A stretch of DNA of 64,000 nucleotides from an uncultured Thermodesulfobacteriota bacterium (GCA_964472295.1 CAYYJQ010000002.1:32074-96073); one strand, 5' to 3'; shown: positions 9,655 through 19,884, counted from the stretch's first letter. Translations and numbers: made by a program. Notes: generated by a model not told the origin, from the sequence alone.

Positions 9655-10836
9655 TTACATCCTCTCGGTCTTGACCCACTTCTTGCCGCTTCCGAGCAAA
9701 CTCTCGAAGACCATGGCCAGCCTCTGCACGAGAAAGAGCGGCGCGTAGACAAGATTCACGTAAACCCTGAAGCTCGCGTGCGCTATCATGAGGCCCGAGA
9801 GGGTATATATCGTTAGTCCTCCCGCCAGCGCCGTCCAGACGCAGAACCATGTGTCAATGCCATTGTAAAATAAGAGGAGGTACATGACGTAGAAGAAGTA
9901 AGTGGCCCCTGCGTAGAGGAGGTAGGGTGGAATTATGAGTTCAAGTACTGCGTCAAGGCAGGCGGGGCTCAGCTCTCTTAACCCCTTTGCAAGTAGCAGG
10001 GGGACGTACTTGTTACGGAGTTTGTACTTCCCTACGTCCCAGCGCGACCTCTGGGTATGGTACGACTTAATCCTTGAGGGCATCTCGGCCCATACCTTTG
10101 TCTCCGGCGCGAAGACTACGGGAACATCTTCAAGGAGGAGCTGGAGCTGATATTCGAGGTCTTCTGATATGGAGAAGGCACGCCAGCCGAAACGCTCTAT
10201 TATCTCTCTTGTAATGCACATGCCGTTCCCGAGGAGGTTTACGCTGAAGCCGAGGCGGCTCCGTCCCCTGTACTTCAGGTTTCTGCTTATGGCGAAACCA
10301 AGAAAGGTAAGGCTCGCCATGGGGGAACTTGCGGGTTTGAGCACATCGTAATATGCCTGCACGACCCTGGCCCCTCCGGCAAGGTACCCATTCATGACAT
10401 TCAGGATATTGGGGTCTACAATAGTATCGGCATCTACTATTATGAAGGCGTCGGAGCCGTGGGTCTTGAGTATTTTCTTGAAGGCCCACTCAAGGGCCTG
10501 CCCCTTTCCGGGGTTGGCCCTGTCATGTCTTTCGAGGCACTCAAGCCCCGCGCCCTTTACTATCTCCACTGTCCTGTCGTCGCAGTTATCGGCCACCACG
10601 AGAACCCTGTACAGGTCCTTCGGATAGGAGATATTACCAAGGCTCTGAAGGGTATCACCTATGACGCTTTCTTCATTATGGGCGGGTACTATTATTGTAT
10701 ATCTCTTCTTGGGTGCGTCCCCCCTCTGCCGGGCAGACCCAGGCCAGAACCCGGCTACGGCCAGGAATACGTAGTAGAGGAGGAAGAGAGAGAATATCGC
10801 CCCTATGCCAAGCACTATGAACTCGATGACGAACAC
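9655..10836 (-). CDS. GT2 processive polysaccharide synthase-like glycosyltransferase (D,D,D,QxxRW class; PgaC/NodC/cellulose-synthase-like)
   Basis: N-terminal TM helix, then TIIVPAHNEE...VLVVADNCDD, IIVDADT and SEDLE, then QRSRWDVG (QxxRW), then several C-terminal TM helices. Confidence 0.75.
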   Translation of the reverse strand: MFVIEFIVLGIGAIFSLFLLYYVFLAVAGFWPGSARQRGDAPKKRYTIIVPAHNEESVIGDTLQSLGNISYPKDLYRVLVVADNCDDRTVEIVKGAGLECLERHDRANPGKGQALEWAFKKILKTHGSDAFIIVDADTIVDPNILNVMNGYLAGGARVVQAYYDVLKPASSPMASLTFLGFAISRNLKYRGRSRLGFSVNLLGNGMCITREIIERFGWRAFSISEDLEYQLQLLLEDVPVVFAPETKVWAEMPSRIKSYHTQRSRWDVGKYKLRNKYVPLLLAKGLRELSPACLDAVLELIIPPYLLYAGATYFFYVMYLLLFYNGIDTWFCVWTALAGGLTIYTLSGLMIAHASFRVYVNLVYAPLFLVQRLAMVFESLLGSGKKWVKTERM

Positions 10837-10849
10837 CTACCGCTTCCTC

Positions 10850-12520
10850 CTACAGGTAACCGAGTCCCTTAAGCCTCTCCTCCACCTCTTTGCTGTCCTC
10901 ATCGGAGTACTCGGTAATCTCTCCCTGACCTGAAAATTCCGTGGCCTTGCCCCTGCTCACGGGCCTGCCCTCTGTGAAAGACCGCTCAAAGACCTCCTTC
11001 AGCACCCGCCCATCCATGTCCTCGGGAACGTCCTCACCGAGGGCGTAGAGTATGGTTGGGGCTATGTCCGTAATGCGCGCCCCCTCGACCCTCTCGTCCT
11101 TTTTTATGACAGGACCAAGGGCCATGAAGACCCCGTCGAGCCTGTGAGTTCCTATATGGAGGTAATCCGAGGCGTCTACCTTCTGGTACTCGCCGAAGCA
11201 GTCTCCGCTCTCGCGCCCCGGGGTATTGGATGTATAAAAAGAGTAGTCCTTCCAGCAGATGATAAGGTCCGGCGCTTCCTCGATCATCTCTCCCCTGTAG
11301 AGGTCCTCCTTCCTGTATACCTTCTCGACTATCTTCTCCCCGCTCTCGGGGTCGGTAAGGGCCTCTATCTCCTCGATGCAACGGGACCGCATGTCTTCGT
11401 ACTCCGCACCGGGCTCCACTATCCCGCCGGGCTCCCTGCCCTTGAGGTTTATGAAGATATTCCCGTACATGCCGAAACCATAGGCCTTTGTCCTGGACCA
11501 GTCTATGTCGTTAAAGAACCTGTAGGACTCGACGCGGTCCCGCACGCCGGGAAGAAAGGTCTTCATGAAGTTTTTGGCCTTTCGCGGCAAGAACCTCTTG
11601 GCCATGTAGCGCCCCATCTCAAGGGTCTTGAAGGCCGCGCCGCCGTTACTATCAAGATAGGCGAGATACCCGTTGAGCTCAAGCCATCTATTGAGATAGA
11701 AGAACCTCTTTATGGGGCCAGAGCCATGGTCTGAGATAATGAAAACGGCAGTGTTGCCATGGGCGTCAGCCCTTTCGAGGAGTTTTCCTATCTGCCTGTC
11801 AACATTCACATATGTCTTTACTATGAGGTTCTCGGGGTCCACCCTTCCAGCGGCAAGCTCGCGCTCCAGTTCCAGGGTGAAGTACTGGTGCTGGACCCTG
11901 TCCGTATTGGTATATGCCGTCATGAAGAGGTCTGTTGGGGTCTTGTCCCAGAGGTAGAGGCCTATATCAGTCCGATTCCTGTCCTCGGCCTGTATATCCC
12001 TCCAGAACTTGTCTTCTTCCACCCTCTTTCTCCCTATGGGAGAAGCGAGGTGTATGTAGTAGTTCCCGAAGCGTTCCCTTATCTCGGCGAGGAGTTCCGG
12101 CGGGTATACGGCCCGCTCATCCTCGGCGGGCGAATCCATGCCAGAGAGCATGAACCCATTGACAGGCTCTGGAGGGTAGGTAAAGGGCACGGCGATACAA
12201 CCCACCTTACTGCCCCTGCGGCTCAGGTGCATGAAGATGGATTCCGCGGACCTTCTGGAGGCGTTTACGAACTCTATGCCATAGGACCCCTCGCGGCGCC
12301 TGATAAAATCAAAAACGCCGTGCTTTCCGGCGTTCTTTCCCGTGAAAAAACTACTCCACGCCTGCGGGGTTATGGGGTGTATGGTGGAGCGTAGCGGCCC
12401 GTGCATGCCTTCGGAGAAGAACCTCGCGAAGTTGGGCAGGAGCCCCTTTTCCACAAGAGGGTTTATGACCTCAAAGGTGGCGCCGTCCACGCCGATTACC
12501 ATTACCTTTAGACTCTCCAT
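10850..12520 (-). CDS. cytoplasmic alkaline-phosphatase-superfamily protein, NPP/type-I phosphodiesterase family (paralog 1 of 4)
   Basis: MVIGVDGATFEVINPL...STIHPITPQAWSSFFTGKNAGKHGVFDF, with an NPP-type metal/nucleophile context. No signal peptide. An acidic linker is followed by the C-terminal tail ERLKGLGYL. Confidence 0.75.
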   Translation of the reverse strand: MESLKVMVIGVDGATFEVINPLVEKGLLPNFARFFSEGMHGPLRSTIHPITPQAWSSFFTGKNAGKHGVFDFIRRREGSYGIEFVNASRRSAESIFMHLSRRGSKVGCIAVPFTYPPEPVNGFMLSGMDSPAEDERAVYPPELLAEIRERFGNYYIHLASPIGRKRVEEDKFWRDIQAEDRNRTDIGLYLWDKTPTDLFMTAYTNTDRVQHQYFTLELERELAAGRVDPENLIVKTYVNVDRQIGKLLERADAHGNTAVFIISDHGSGPIKRFFYLNRWLELNGYLAYLDSNGGAAFKTLEMGRYMAKRFLPRKAKNFMKTFLPGVRDRVESYRFFNDIDWSRTKAYGFGMYGNIFINLKGREPGGIVEPGAEYEDMRSRCIEEIEALTDPESGEKIVEKVYRKEDLYRGEMIEEAPDLIICWKDYSFYTSNTPGRESGDCFGEYQKVDASDYLHIGTHRLDGVFMALGPVIKKDERVEGARITDIAPTILYALGEDVPEDMDGRVLKEVFERSFTEGRPVSRGKATEFSGQGEITEYSDEDSKEVEERLKGLGYL

Positions 12521-12531
12521 TAATACCCCTT

Positions 12532-14058
12532 CTATAGATACCCCAGGGCCTTGAGGCGTCCCTTTATCTTATCAACTTCCATGTCCCCTTCGTCGCTGGC
12601 CGCGGCGCTGGTAGGATTGAAGCTCTCTATGTACGATACAGGAAGGTCCTCGGTGAAGATACCCTTAAGGACCTTTCCCGGCATGTCCCTCGCCACCTCC
12701 ACGCCCATGAGGGCAAGAGATGTGGGGGTAATATCGTATATAGAGGCATCGGGCATTGACTTGCCCACCTTGATGCCGGGGCCTGCCGCCATGAATACGC
12801 CCTCGAGTTTGTGGTCCCCCGAGACGTCAGCCTTGTGCGGCGAGAAGAGCCGGGAGAAGGGCACTTCGCCGAACCTCTCCGCCCTAATCACCCGTTGCGG
12901 GTCCATGACAACGCCGGAGAACTGGTCCCCGAGTTTTATCCCGATGAGCGACTCCTCGTAGATAATATCAAAAACCTTCTCGCCAGTATCGGCAAAACGC
13001 ATCTCCTCGACAATCCCGGAGACTTCCTTAAGGAGATCCCTGTCATTAAAGTACATGAAGGTCATGAAACCTATGTTGGCGGGTATTACCTTTTTCTCAA
13101 TGCCAATGAGGCCGAGAAAGACCTCGTGATTCAACCTAAAGGACTCCTTGAGCATTTCCATGGCCTGGGCCCCGTGGTCGGAGATGAGCATTATGGTGGT
13201 ATCGCTCCCGGCGGCGTTCATGAACTCGCCTACTGTCCTGTCGGCCTCGATGTAAGACCGGGGAATTACATCCGCGTACCTTGAAACAAGGTCTCTATCC
13301 ACGTCCTTGAACCTCTCGGGCTCATAGTACTTCCAGTACCTGTGTGCAAGGGCGTCGCAGAGGTGTATGTGAAAGGTGGCGAAATCGGGCCTGTGAAGTC
13401 CATAGAGGTAGGTGAAGAACTCGGAGCATATCCTCAGGTGCAGGGCCGCCTTTTTCCAGTACTTCTCATCATCAGGGGGCCGCCGGACCATGTTATTGGC
13501 AAGAAAGACGAGGCTCTCAAGAAGGGTACGCGCGCTGACGCCGTGTTTCTTGAGTTTCAGCGCATAACCAACGAAGGTGCCCAGCCTTGAGGACCCCTTG
13601 CCCTTTGACTCAAGCTCGGGTTTGTTCTTCTTTCTCTCACCCAATGTGAGTTCCTGCAAAAAGCTGTATTCCTCGGGGTATGTCTCAGGGCCTATGGAAA
13701 AGAGGGACGGTATCATGAAACCATTTACCGGGTAGGGGGGCCAGGTGACAAAACTTCCAAAGACCCCTACCTTATGCCCCTTCTCGCTCAATATGTCCCA
13801 TATGCGCCGCACCTTCACCATGGACGATGAACTTCCGAAGAACTCCACGCCATGCTCATTGGAACTCTTCCCGGAAAAGATGGTAACCCATAGACGCGGC
13901 GAGATAAGGGGGTGCTCGGAGATGAGGTTGCCCGATACACCTCTTCTCATGAGCGCGGCTATATTGGGGAGCTTGCCAGAGGAAATGAGCGGGTTCATTA
14001 CATCCCAGGTGGCCCCATCGAGCTCAATAATCATAAGTTTTGATCGAAGTCCTCTCAT
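12532..14058 (-). CDS. alkaline-phosphatase-superfamily NPP-family protein (paralog 2)
   Basis: The ORF-track frame extends to 14301. The likely start is the Met at 14058 (MRGLRSKLMIIELDGATWDV), with GGTGGAG 5' of it overlapping the stop of the upstream gene. Motif ISPRLWVTIFSGKSSNEHGVEFF. C-terminal tail GRLKALGYL. Confidence 0.7.
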   Translation of the reverse strand: MRGLRSKLMIIELDGATWDVMNPLISSGKLPNIAALMRRGVSGNLISEHPLISPRLWVTIFSGKSSNEHGVEFFGSSSSMVKVRRIWDILSEKGHKVGVFGSFVTWPPYPVNGFMIPSLFSIGPETYPEEYSFLQELTLGERKKNKPELESKGKGSSRLGTFVGYALKLKKHGVSARTLLESLVFLANNMVRRPPDDEKYWKKAALHLRICSEFFTYLYGLHRPDFATFHIHLCDALAHRYWKYYEPERFKDVDRDLVSRYADVIPRSYIEADRTVGEFMNAAGSDTTIMLISDHGAQAMEMLKESFRLNHEVFLGLIGIEKKVIPANIGFMTFMYFNDRDLLKEVSGIVEEMRFADTGEKVFDIIYEESLIGIKLGDQFSGVVMDPQRVIRAERFGEVPFSRLFSPHKADVSGDHKLEGVFMAAGPGIKVGKSMPDASIYDITPTSLALMGVEVARDMPGKVLKGIFTEDLPVSYIESFNPTSAAASDEGDMEVDKIKGRLKALGYL

Positions 14059-14065
14059 CTCCACC

Positions 14066-15595
14066 TCACATGTACCCAAGGCTCTCAAGGCGCTTACGCA
14101 TCTTCGCGTAGTCCACGGGTTCTTCTTTACCGGAGGCCGCCTCTCCGCTCTCGTAACTCTCAACGTAACGTATGGGATGTTCCTTGAGGAAGTCTTTCGT
14201 AAATATGGCCTTGACGGGACTGCCGTCCATGTCCTTTGCAACGGGATAACCTGCAAGGGCAAGTACCGTTGGAGCAACGTCCATGATGGAGGCGTCCCCA
14301 AGGGAGGAGCCTCTCTTTACGCCTTTACCGTGGAAGAGAAAGATGCCGTTATCCTTGTGCACGCCAGTAACACGGAGCTTCCTTGTGGGGAAGAGATCAG
14401 CAAAACGGTAAGTCCCCAAATCAGCGACAGAGACCTCGGTATCGTCGTTGACATCGGTACGCCAGAGCTTCGTAGTGGTCTGTATGCTGAGATACCTCTC
14501 GTACTGGTCCACCTTGAAGATGCTCTCCTTTGTCCCGGCAAAGGCTATCTTCTCGATAACACCCTTGGCACGCGCCATCTCTTCTTTATCCCTCGAGGGA
14601 AAGGTCAGGTAGACCTTTATGCCGAAACGCGCCGGTATGACGCTGTTCTCAAGGCCGAGTATCTTGAGAAACCTCTCTATGTCGAGGATATGGGGCTGAA
14701 TCGCATCGGGCATGGCACCAAAGCCGTGGTCCGATACAAGCACCACGCTTGTATCATCGTCTATCATATCAAGAAAAGCGCCCACGGTCCTGTCGAGCTC
14801 CATATAGGCCTCGGGGATGACCCCGGCAAACTTGGCAGTAGCGGCGTCAGGGGCCTTGGAAAACTTCTCGGGCTCATAAGACTCCCAGTACCTGTGCGAT
14901 ATGGCGTCGCAGAGGTGGACATGGAAGGTTGCAAACTCAGGCCTATGCCTCTTGTAGAGGTTAATAAAGAGCTCGGTAAGCATCCGGTGGTAAATGGTGG
15001 CCTTTCGCCAGTACTTGTCCAAGGGAGTGTGGCTTCCGGCCTTCTCCCAGAGAAAATACTTTAACATGTAGAGAAATGTGCTATTGCTTATCCCATTCCT
15101 CTGCAGACCTTTGACGGCCTTCAATATGGCGAAGAGCTTACCGCTCCTTGAGGCCTTCTGGGTCAACTTCCTTCTTTCCCTCAGCACCACTTCCTGAAAG
15201 GAGCTGTACTCCTCGGGATAAGTCTCCGGCCCCATGGCGAATACGCTCGGTATAATAAAGCCATTTATGGGGTATGGAGGCCAGGTTACGAGGCTTCCCA
15301 CCACCCCCACCTTATTTCCCTGGTCATTAAAGATGTCCCAGAGCCGTTTCTGACGCACGGACTTGGCGGAGTCGCCGAAGAACTCCACTCCGTGTTTTTC
15401 GGAGCTCTTCCCCGTGAAGATGCTCGTCCATATCCTCGGTGAGATCATGGGCTGTTCGGAACGGAGCACCCCCCAGGAACCGCGGTCCATCAAGCCCTTG
15501 ATGTTGGGAAGGCGCCCCTTGTCAACAAGGGGCTTCATCACATCCCATGTACCGCCGTCAACTTCCACTATTAGTATCTTAGAGGCTGGCTTCAT
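14066..15595 (-). CDS. alkaline-phosphatase-superfamily NPP-family protein (paralog 3)
   Basis: ILIVEVDGGTWDV...MISPRIWTSIFTGKSSEKHGVEFF. C-terminal tail KRLESLGYM. Confidence 0.75.
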   Translation of the reverse strand: MKPASKILIVEVDGGTWDVMKPLVDKGRLPNIKGLMDRGSWGVLRSEQPMISPRIWTSIFTGKSSEKHGVEFFGDSAKSVRQKRLWDIFNDQGNKVGVVGSLVTWPPYPINGFIIPSVFAMGPETYPEEYSSFQEVVLRERRKLTQKASRSGKLFAILKAVKGLQRNGISNSTFLYMLKYFLWEKAGSHTPLDKYWRKATIYHRMLTELFINLYKRHRPEFATFHVHLCDAISHRYWESYEPEKFSKAPDAATAKFAGVIPEAYMELDRTVGAFLDMIDDDTSVVLVSDHGFGAMPDAIQPHILDIERFLKILGLENSVIPARFGIKVYLTFPSRDKEEMARAKGVIEKIAFAGTKESIFKVDQYERYLSIQTTTKLWRTDVNDDTEVSVADLGTYRFADLFPTRKLRVTGVHKDNGIFLFHGKGVKRGSSLGDASIMDVAPTVLALAGYPVAKDMDGSPVKAIFTKDFLKEHPIRYVESYESGEAASGKEEPVDYAKMRKRLESLGYM

Positions 15596-17072
15596 CTGTT
15601 ATTTCCCCTCTTGATTTATGTAACGTATACAGAGTCTGCGCCAATGCGATGACCATCCAGAGGTTCTTGTCAAGGAGGCTGTTCGAAGTACAGAGGAAAA
15701 AGCCGTAACCGCTGAGGGTCCCGAAGAGGGCGAGGGCGAGGTACCTGGTCTTGATGTCTCCCGAGGCCCGCATGACCATCCACATGCGCTTCATTGTTAG
15801 AAGATAGAGGGCGGCGAGGATAGATAAACCGAAAATGCCATACTCCGCGGCTATCTGCAGAGGCGTGTTATGTGTCTTCATGACGGTCTCCTGAAAGGCA
15901 TTGGCGGTATGGTGGGCCGCGTAGCGTCTATAGTTGGAGACAAAGCCATCGGGGCCGATGCCGAATATGGGGTTGTCGAAGAACATGGCCAGCCCGATGG
16001 GCACGTGCTCAAGGCGCATGCTGGCGGTCTGCTCTGAGCGCCCCTCTGAAGAATAGAGCCTCTCTGTATTCATCTCCGGCATTGCGACTACAACGACTAA
16101 GAGCAACATGAAAAACCCCGCCACAATGCCGCCGAATATGAGCCACTTCCTGCGGATCTCGATAAATGTCCAGATCACCATGAGCGAAATGGCAAGGCCG
16201 AGAAGCGCGCCTCTTGAGGCGGTCAGCAGGACGTTTATAGAGGCCACGGCAAAGACAATCCCTATGAGGCCTTTTTTGAGTCTGGAGTTCACGGTGAAAA
16301 ACTTGTAGACACAAAGACTCGCTATAACGACCATGTAGATGCCGTGGTAGGGGGCGTCTCCGATGAGGCCGTTGATCCTTCCCGCGTGCACGTTAAGGAG
16401 CACGTCACTTACGTCAGCCATGAAGATTGACCTGTTCCCAAGAAGGGCATAGGGAGACATATTTATCCTCATCTCAAGAAAACCTATAAGCCCGACTATC
16501 AGCCCGCCGGCCAATACCCAGGAAATCGTCTTCTCCATCTGCTCGCGCTTCTTCAAGGCAGTCTGCAGGTAGAAAAAGATAAGCCAGGAGTATATGAAGA
16601 GCTGTATCTGCTTTGCTGCCGCGGCTATACTCTGACTGTTCTTAATAGATATGAACATGAGGATGAGAAAAGCGCTAACAAGGAGATGCTCGGGCCTCAT
16701 GACGAACATCCCTATGAACTCCCGATCCTTCTTAAGGAGCATGACCATGGTCCACATTATAAAACCAGTCATCATTATTACAGTGGATACTGGAAAACCG
16801 CCTGAGGTTACGGGCAGGTTCAAGAACGCGGCGAATCCAAGGGTCAGGACAAAGATGCGGGCAAAGAGGAACTCATGGCGGAGGTAGAATACCGTGTATA
16901 ATACGGGCATTACGAGTGCTACCCCTATTAACGGATTATAACCTACAAGGGCCGCGTAAACAAAGATGAATGCCAGGAGCAGACCAAGAGCGAGCAGTCT
17001 GAAGGCCGTGGCCATCTGGTAACCTGGCTTTTGCATGTTAATCTCGTACATCACGTCTCCTCGGTCCGGCAT
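15579..17072 (-). CDS. polytopic membrane protein, O-antigen ligase/polymerase-like (Wzy_C-type)
   Basis: At least 10 predicted TM segments read by eye, with a large loop. It sits between the paralog genes and overlaps the upstream gene by 17 nt. The family assignment is from the overall pattern only. Confidence 0.45.
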   Translation of the reverse strand: MPDRGDVMYEINMQKPGYQMATAFRLLALGLLLAFIFVYAALVGYNPLIGVALVMPVLYTVFYLRHEFLFARIFVLTLGFAAFLNLPVTSGGFPVSTVIMMTGFIMWTMVMLLKKDREFIGMFVMRPEHLLVSAFLILMFISIKNSQSIAAAAKQIQLFIYSWLIFFYLQTALKKREQMEKTISWVLAGGLIVGLIGFLEMRINMSPYALLGNRSIFMADVSDVLLNVHAGRINGLIGDAPYHGIYMVVIASLCVYKFFTVNSRLKKGLIGIVFAVASINVLLTASRGALLGLAISLMVIWTFIEIRRKWLIFGGIVAGFFMLLLVVVVAMPEMNTERLYSSEGRSEQTASMRLEHVPIGLAMFFDNPIFGIGPDGFVSNYRRYAAHHTANAFQETVMKTHNTPLQIAAEYGIFGLSILAALYLLTMKRMWMVMRASGDIKTRYLALALFGTLSGYGFFLCTSNSLLDKNLWMVIALAQTLYTLHKSRGEITDEASL

Positions 17073-17110
17073 GGGACAGTCCTCTATCTTTCTCCCTCAC
17101 AGACCTTCCC

Positions 17111-18199
17111 CTATACGTAATCGCTGTCGCCAATAGATATGTCCCACATGGCCGCGTCTGTGACATCTACGGGAGGTGCGTCTTCACGCTCCCATCTCAC
17201 AATAAGATTGTGGTTGGTCTCCTTTACGGCAAAGCCCTTGTGACGCATGACTTCCCATGCATGGGAGTCCTCTCTCAACCAGGAGTTGACTGAATCAGCC
17301 TTCTCATCATAGCAGTAATTGACCGCGCGGTTTATCAAGACCCCCGTGACATCTATTTCCGGGTCAGAAAGCAGTTCCAGTATATAGCCACGCCTCATGT
17401 CTTCATTGAGTACGGCTACGACGGTAAAACCAACGACCACGTCGCCCTTCTCTATGGCAAAGACCCGATAATTGACAGAAGGACAGTCTACATAACGCCA
17501 GTTAAGATAAGCTGAGTCCTTGTAGAGCATAACCTTTACACGGGAAGAGACCGACTTGAGGAGCCTGTCGAAGCGCTCGTCGAACCTCTTTATCTCACTT
17601 ATGCGAAAACCCTCGGGCAGGGTTACGTCCGTGGAGTGCACCATGTGCATCAACGCTCCGGAGACCTTGCCGAGCACACGAGCAAGAGGCGCCGGCGCGG
17701 CCTTTTTTCTCAAAAACTCCCCGGGGTCGAGAACCCTCACAAGACGGCGCACAGGAAAAACGCTCTGGAACTTGAGTAGGCGCCTGCTTATCTTAAGCGT
17801 CTTATGAATGGAGTACCCGAAGACAATCTTCACCCCCGCCGGAGAAAGCAACTGTGTGGCGCAGTCGTGCAGTCTGAAGAAGGGCCCACCCTTCTGGAAC
17901 TCCGGAAGTATTACGATATCACAGGTCTGCGCACCGAGGACCTTCTGTCCATCTATCATCAGCCAGGTAGGAATAGCGCCTACCTGTCCCACAACTCTAC
18001 CGCTCTGTGCCTCTACGCCCACAGCCATAATGTGAGCGCCAGCGGGATTGGCATAGTACTTCCACCTCCAGAAGGCCATGTCCTTGTCTACGCCGAAGAC
18101 CGTCTTGTAAATCGCAGGCAGATACTTCAAGTCCCGCTCTTCGAGCTTGCGTATCTCAATATTCTTGAACCTTTCCCTGGCCATACTCCCTCTTATCAC
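17111..18199 (-). CDS. GNAT-fold / FemAB-like acyl(aminoacyl)transferase
   Basis: Roughly 360 aa. The architecture resembles the FemAB/BioF2-like acetyltransferase proteins common in EPS loci. No transmembrane segment. Confidence 0.45.
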   Translation of the reverse strand: MIRGSMARERFKNIEIRKLEERDLKYLPAIYKTVFGVDKDMAFWRWKYYANPAGAHIMAVGVEAQSGRVVGQVGAIPTWLMIDGQKVLGAQTCDIVILPEFQKGGPFFRLHDCATQLLSPAGVKIVFGYSIHKTLKISRRLLKFQSVFPVRRLVRVLDPGEFLRKKAAPAPLARVLGKVSGALMHMVHSTDVTLPEGFRISEIKRFDERFDRLLKSVSSRVKVMLYKDSAYLNWRYVDCPSVNYRVFAIEKGDVVVGFTVVAVLNEDMRRGYILELLSDPEIDVTGVLINRAVNYCYDEKADSVNSWLREDSHAWEVMRHKGFAVKETNHNLIVRWEREDAPPVDVTDAAMWDISIGDSDYV

Positions 18200-19869
18200 A
18201 GGTAACCCAGGCCCTTAAGGCGCTTTGCAACCTCTTCCTCGTCCTCCTCGGAGAGGAAACTGTCAGCCCCGGAATCAATGACAACACCCTCGTCGTCACT
18301 GAAAGCCGCCTTGTGTGATCTCAGGAATCTGCCCTTGATAATGCCATCAAGGGCCTGACCATCCATTCCCCTTGGAACAGGAACTCCAAGAAGTCTTAGA
18401 ATCGTGGGGGCAATGTCCATTATGTGCGCGCCCTCTACAGCGCCCTTCTTTTTCAAGTCTTTTCCGTAGCCGAGCAGAATCCCCTCCATCCGGTGCGTCC
18501 CCCAGCCGCTCGCATAGCTTGCCTTCTCAAAGACATGTCCCTTTAACTGCACGTCCGCCAGATAGGCCCCTCCCTTCAAGAAGAAGATTATATCAGGCGC
18601 ATCGTCAAGGTAGGGGCCGCTGTAGAGTTCCTCCTTCTTGTAGGTATGTGTAACAACGGCCTCGCCCGTGGCGGGGTCCCGCATCTTTTTGAGAGCGGCG
18701 ATGAGGTCGTCCCTGAACTCCTCGTATTCCTGGCCAGGGCTTATCACGCCATCTGGCTCACGTCCCTTGAGGTTAACATAAAAGCCCTGTTCAGTATTGG
18801 AGGCGGAGTAGGCCTTTGTTTTCGACCAGTTAATAACCTGAAGAAAGTCATATGCGTGTATCCTGCCGCCCTTGCCCCTGCTCGGAAGGATTCGTTTGCG
18901 CAGATTATGTTTGTCTATCCTTCTTAAGTACCTCTTCACCTTGAGCACGCTCTGGCGGAAGGCCATATGAGAGAGTTGTTTGCTCTGATTGAGCTCCAGG
19001 TATCCTTGCTGGTGCAGCCACTGGTTGACGTATACCTTCTTTTCAAGAGGACCGAAGCCGTGGTCTGATACCATGAGGATATTGGCCACATCCCCGTACC
19101 TCTCCATGACCTTGCCCATGAATGCGTCGACCATCTGGTAGTACTCTTTTATCTTCTTAACAAAGCCCTTCTCGCGCGTGGTGAGCGAGTCCGGATCCAC
19201 GGGGTGGATGTACTTCCAGAGATAGTGCTGTATGCGGTCGGAACCGATAAATACCGAGATGAAAAGATCCCATTGCTTGTTTTCCATAAGGTACTCGAAG
19301 GCCCGGCATCTCTGCTCCGTGCACTCGATAATCTCATCGAGAAACTTCTCCACACCACGCTCGCCGTAGTACTGCCACCATACATCCATGGTGTATCCGC
19401 CGATCTTGTTCTTCACCTCCTCGAAGAGACCCTCGGGGTATGAGATGTTCGTGGCGTTCCCGGGCGTTAGAAGACCGGTAATTACGAAACCGTCAACCTC
19501 TGGCGGCGGGTACGTTAGCGGCATGTTGACCATGCCCACCTTCATCCCCGCGTCGTTTACGAGTTTCAGTATGGTAGCGCTCCTGATATGCTTGTAGTTG
19601 ACAGGGTGGCGGCCGACCTCGTTCTTGCCGGCCTTTACAAAGTCATAGATGCCGTGCTTTCCGGGGTTCTTCCCTGTCATGAAGGAGACCCACGACGGAC
19701 CGGTAACAGGGGGAATAGATGAACGGAGGTCGCCACGCACCCCTTCTGCGCACATCTTCTGAAGGTTGGGGAGCTCACCCCTCTTCATGTATGGGTCGAG
19801 GGCGTCGAAGGTGGCCCCATCGAGACCTATCACTATAACCTTTTCATTTATCTTCTTTTTCATTACCAA
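18196..19869 (-). CDS. alkaline-phosphatase-superfamily NPP-family protein (paralog 4)
   Basis: VIVIGLDGATFDALDPY...SIPPVTGPSWVSFMTGKNPGKHGIYDF. C-terminal tail KRLKGLGYL. Confidence 0.75.
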   Translation of the reverse strand: MVMKKKINEKVIVIGLDGATFDALDPYMKRGELPNLQKMCAEGVRGDLRSSIPPVTGPSWVSFMTGKNPGKHGIYDFVKAGKNEVGRHPVNYKHIRSATILKLVNDAGMKVGMVNMPLTYPPPEVDGFVITGLLTPGNATNISYPEGLFEEVKNKIGGYTMDVWWQYYGERGVEKFLDEIIECTEQRCRAFEYLMENKQWDLFISVFIGSDRIQHYLWKYIHPVDPDSLTTREKGFVKKIKEYYQMVDAFMGKVMERYGDVANILMVSDHGFGPLEKKVYVNQWLHQQGYLELNQSKQLSHMAFRQSVLKVKRYLRRIDKHNLRKRILPSRGKGGRIHAYDFLQVINWSKTKAYSASNTEQGFYVNLKGREPDGVISPGQEYEEFRDDLIAALKKMRDPATGEAVVTHTYKKEELYSGPYLDDAPDIIFFLKGGAYLADVQLKGHVFEKASYASGWGTHRMEGILLGYGKDLKKKGAVEGAHIMDIAPTILRLLGVPVPRGMDGQALDGIIKGRFLRSHKAAFSDDEGVVIDSGADSFLSEEDEEEVAKRLKGLGYL

Positions 19870-19884
19870 CCTGACTCCAACCTC

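Noticed and set aside
13745-15064. Long antisense ORFs inside the NPP paralog block (for example 13745..15064 + and 11759..12394 +)
   Set aside because: They sit opposite strongly supported alkaline-phosphatase-family genes. This is high-GC third-position antisense read-through, with no recognisable motifs.
10850-19869. The NPP paralogs as PglZ of a BREX phage-defence system
   Set aside because: They are 510-560-aa single-domain NPP-type proteins and lack the additional PglZ N-terminal domains. No PglX, BrxC or BrxL-like genes are present, and the context is entirely glycan biosynthesis.
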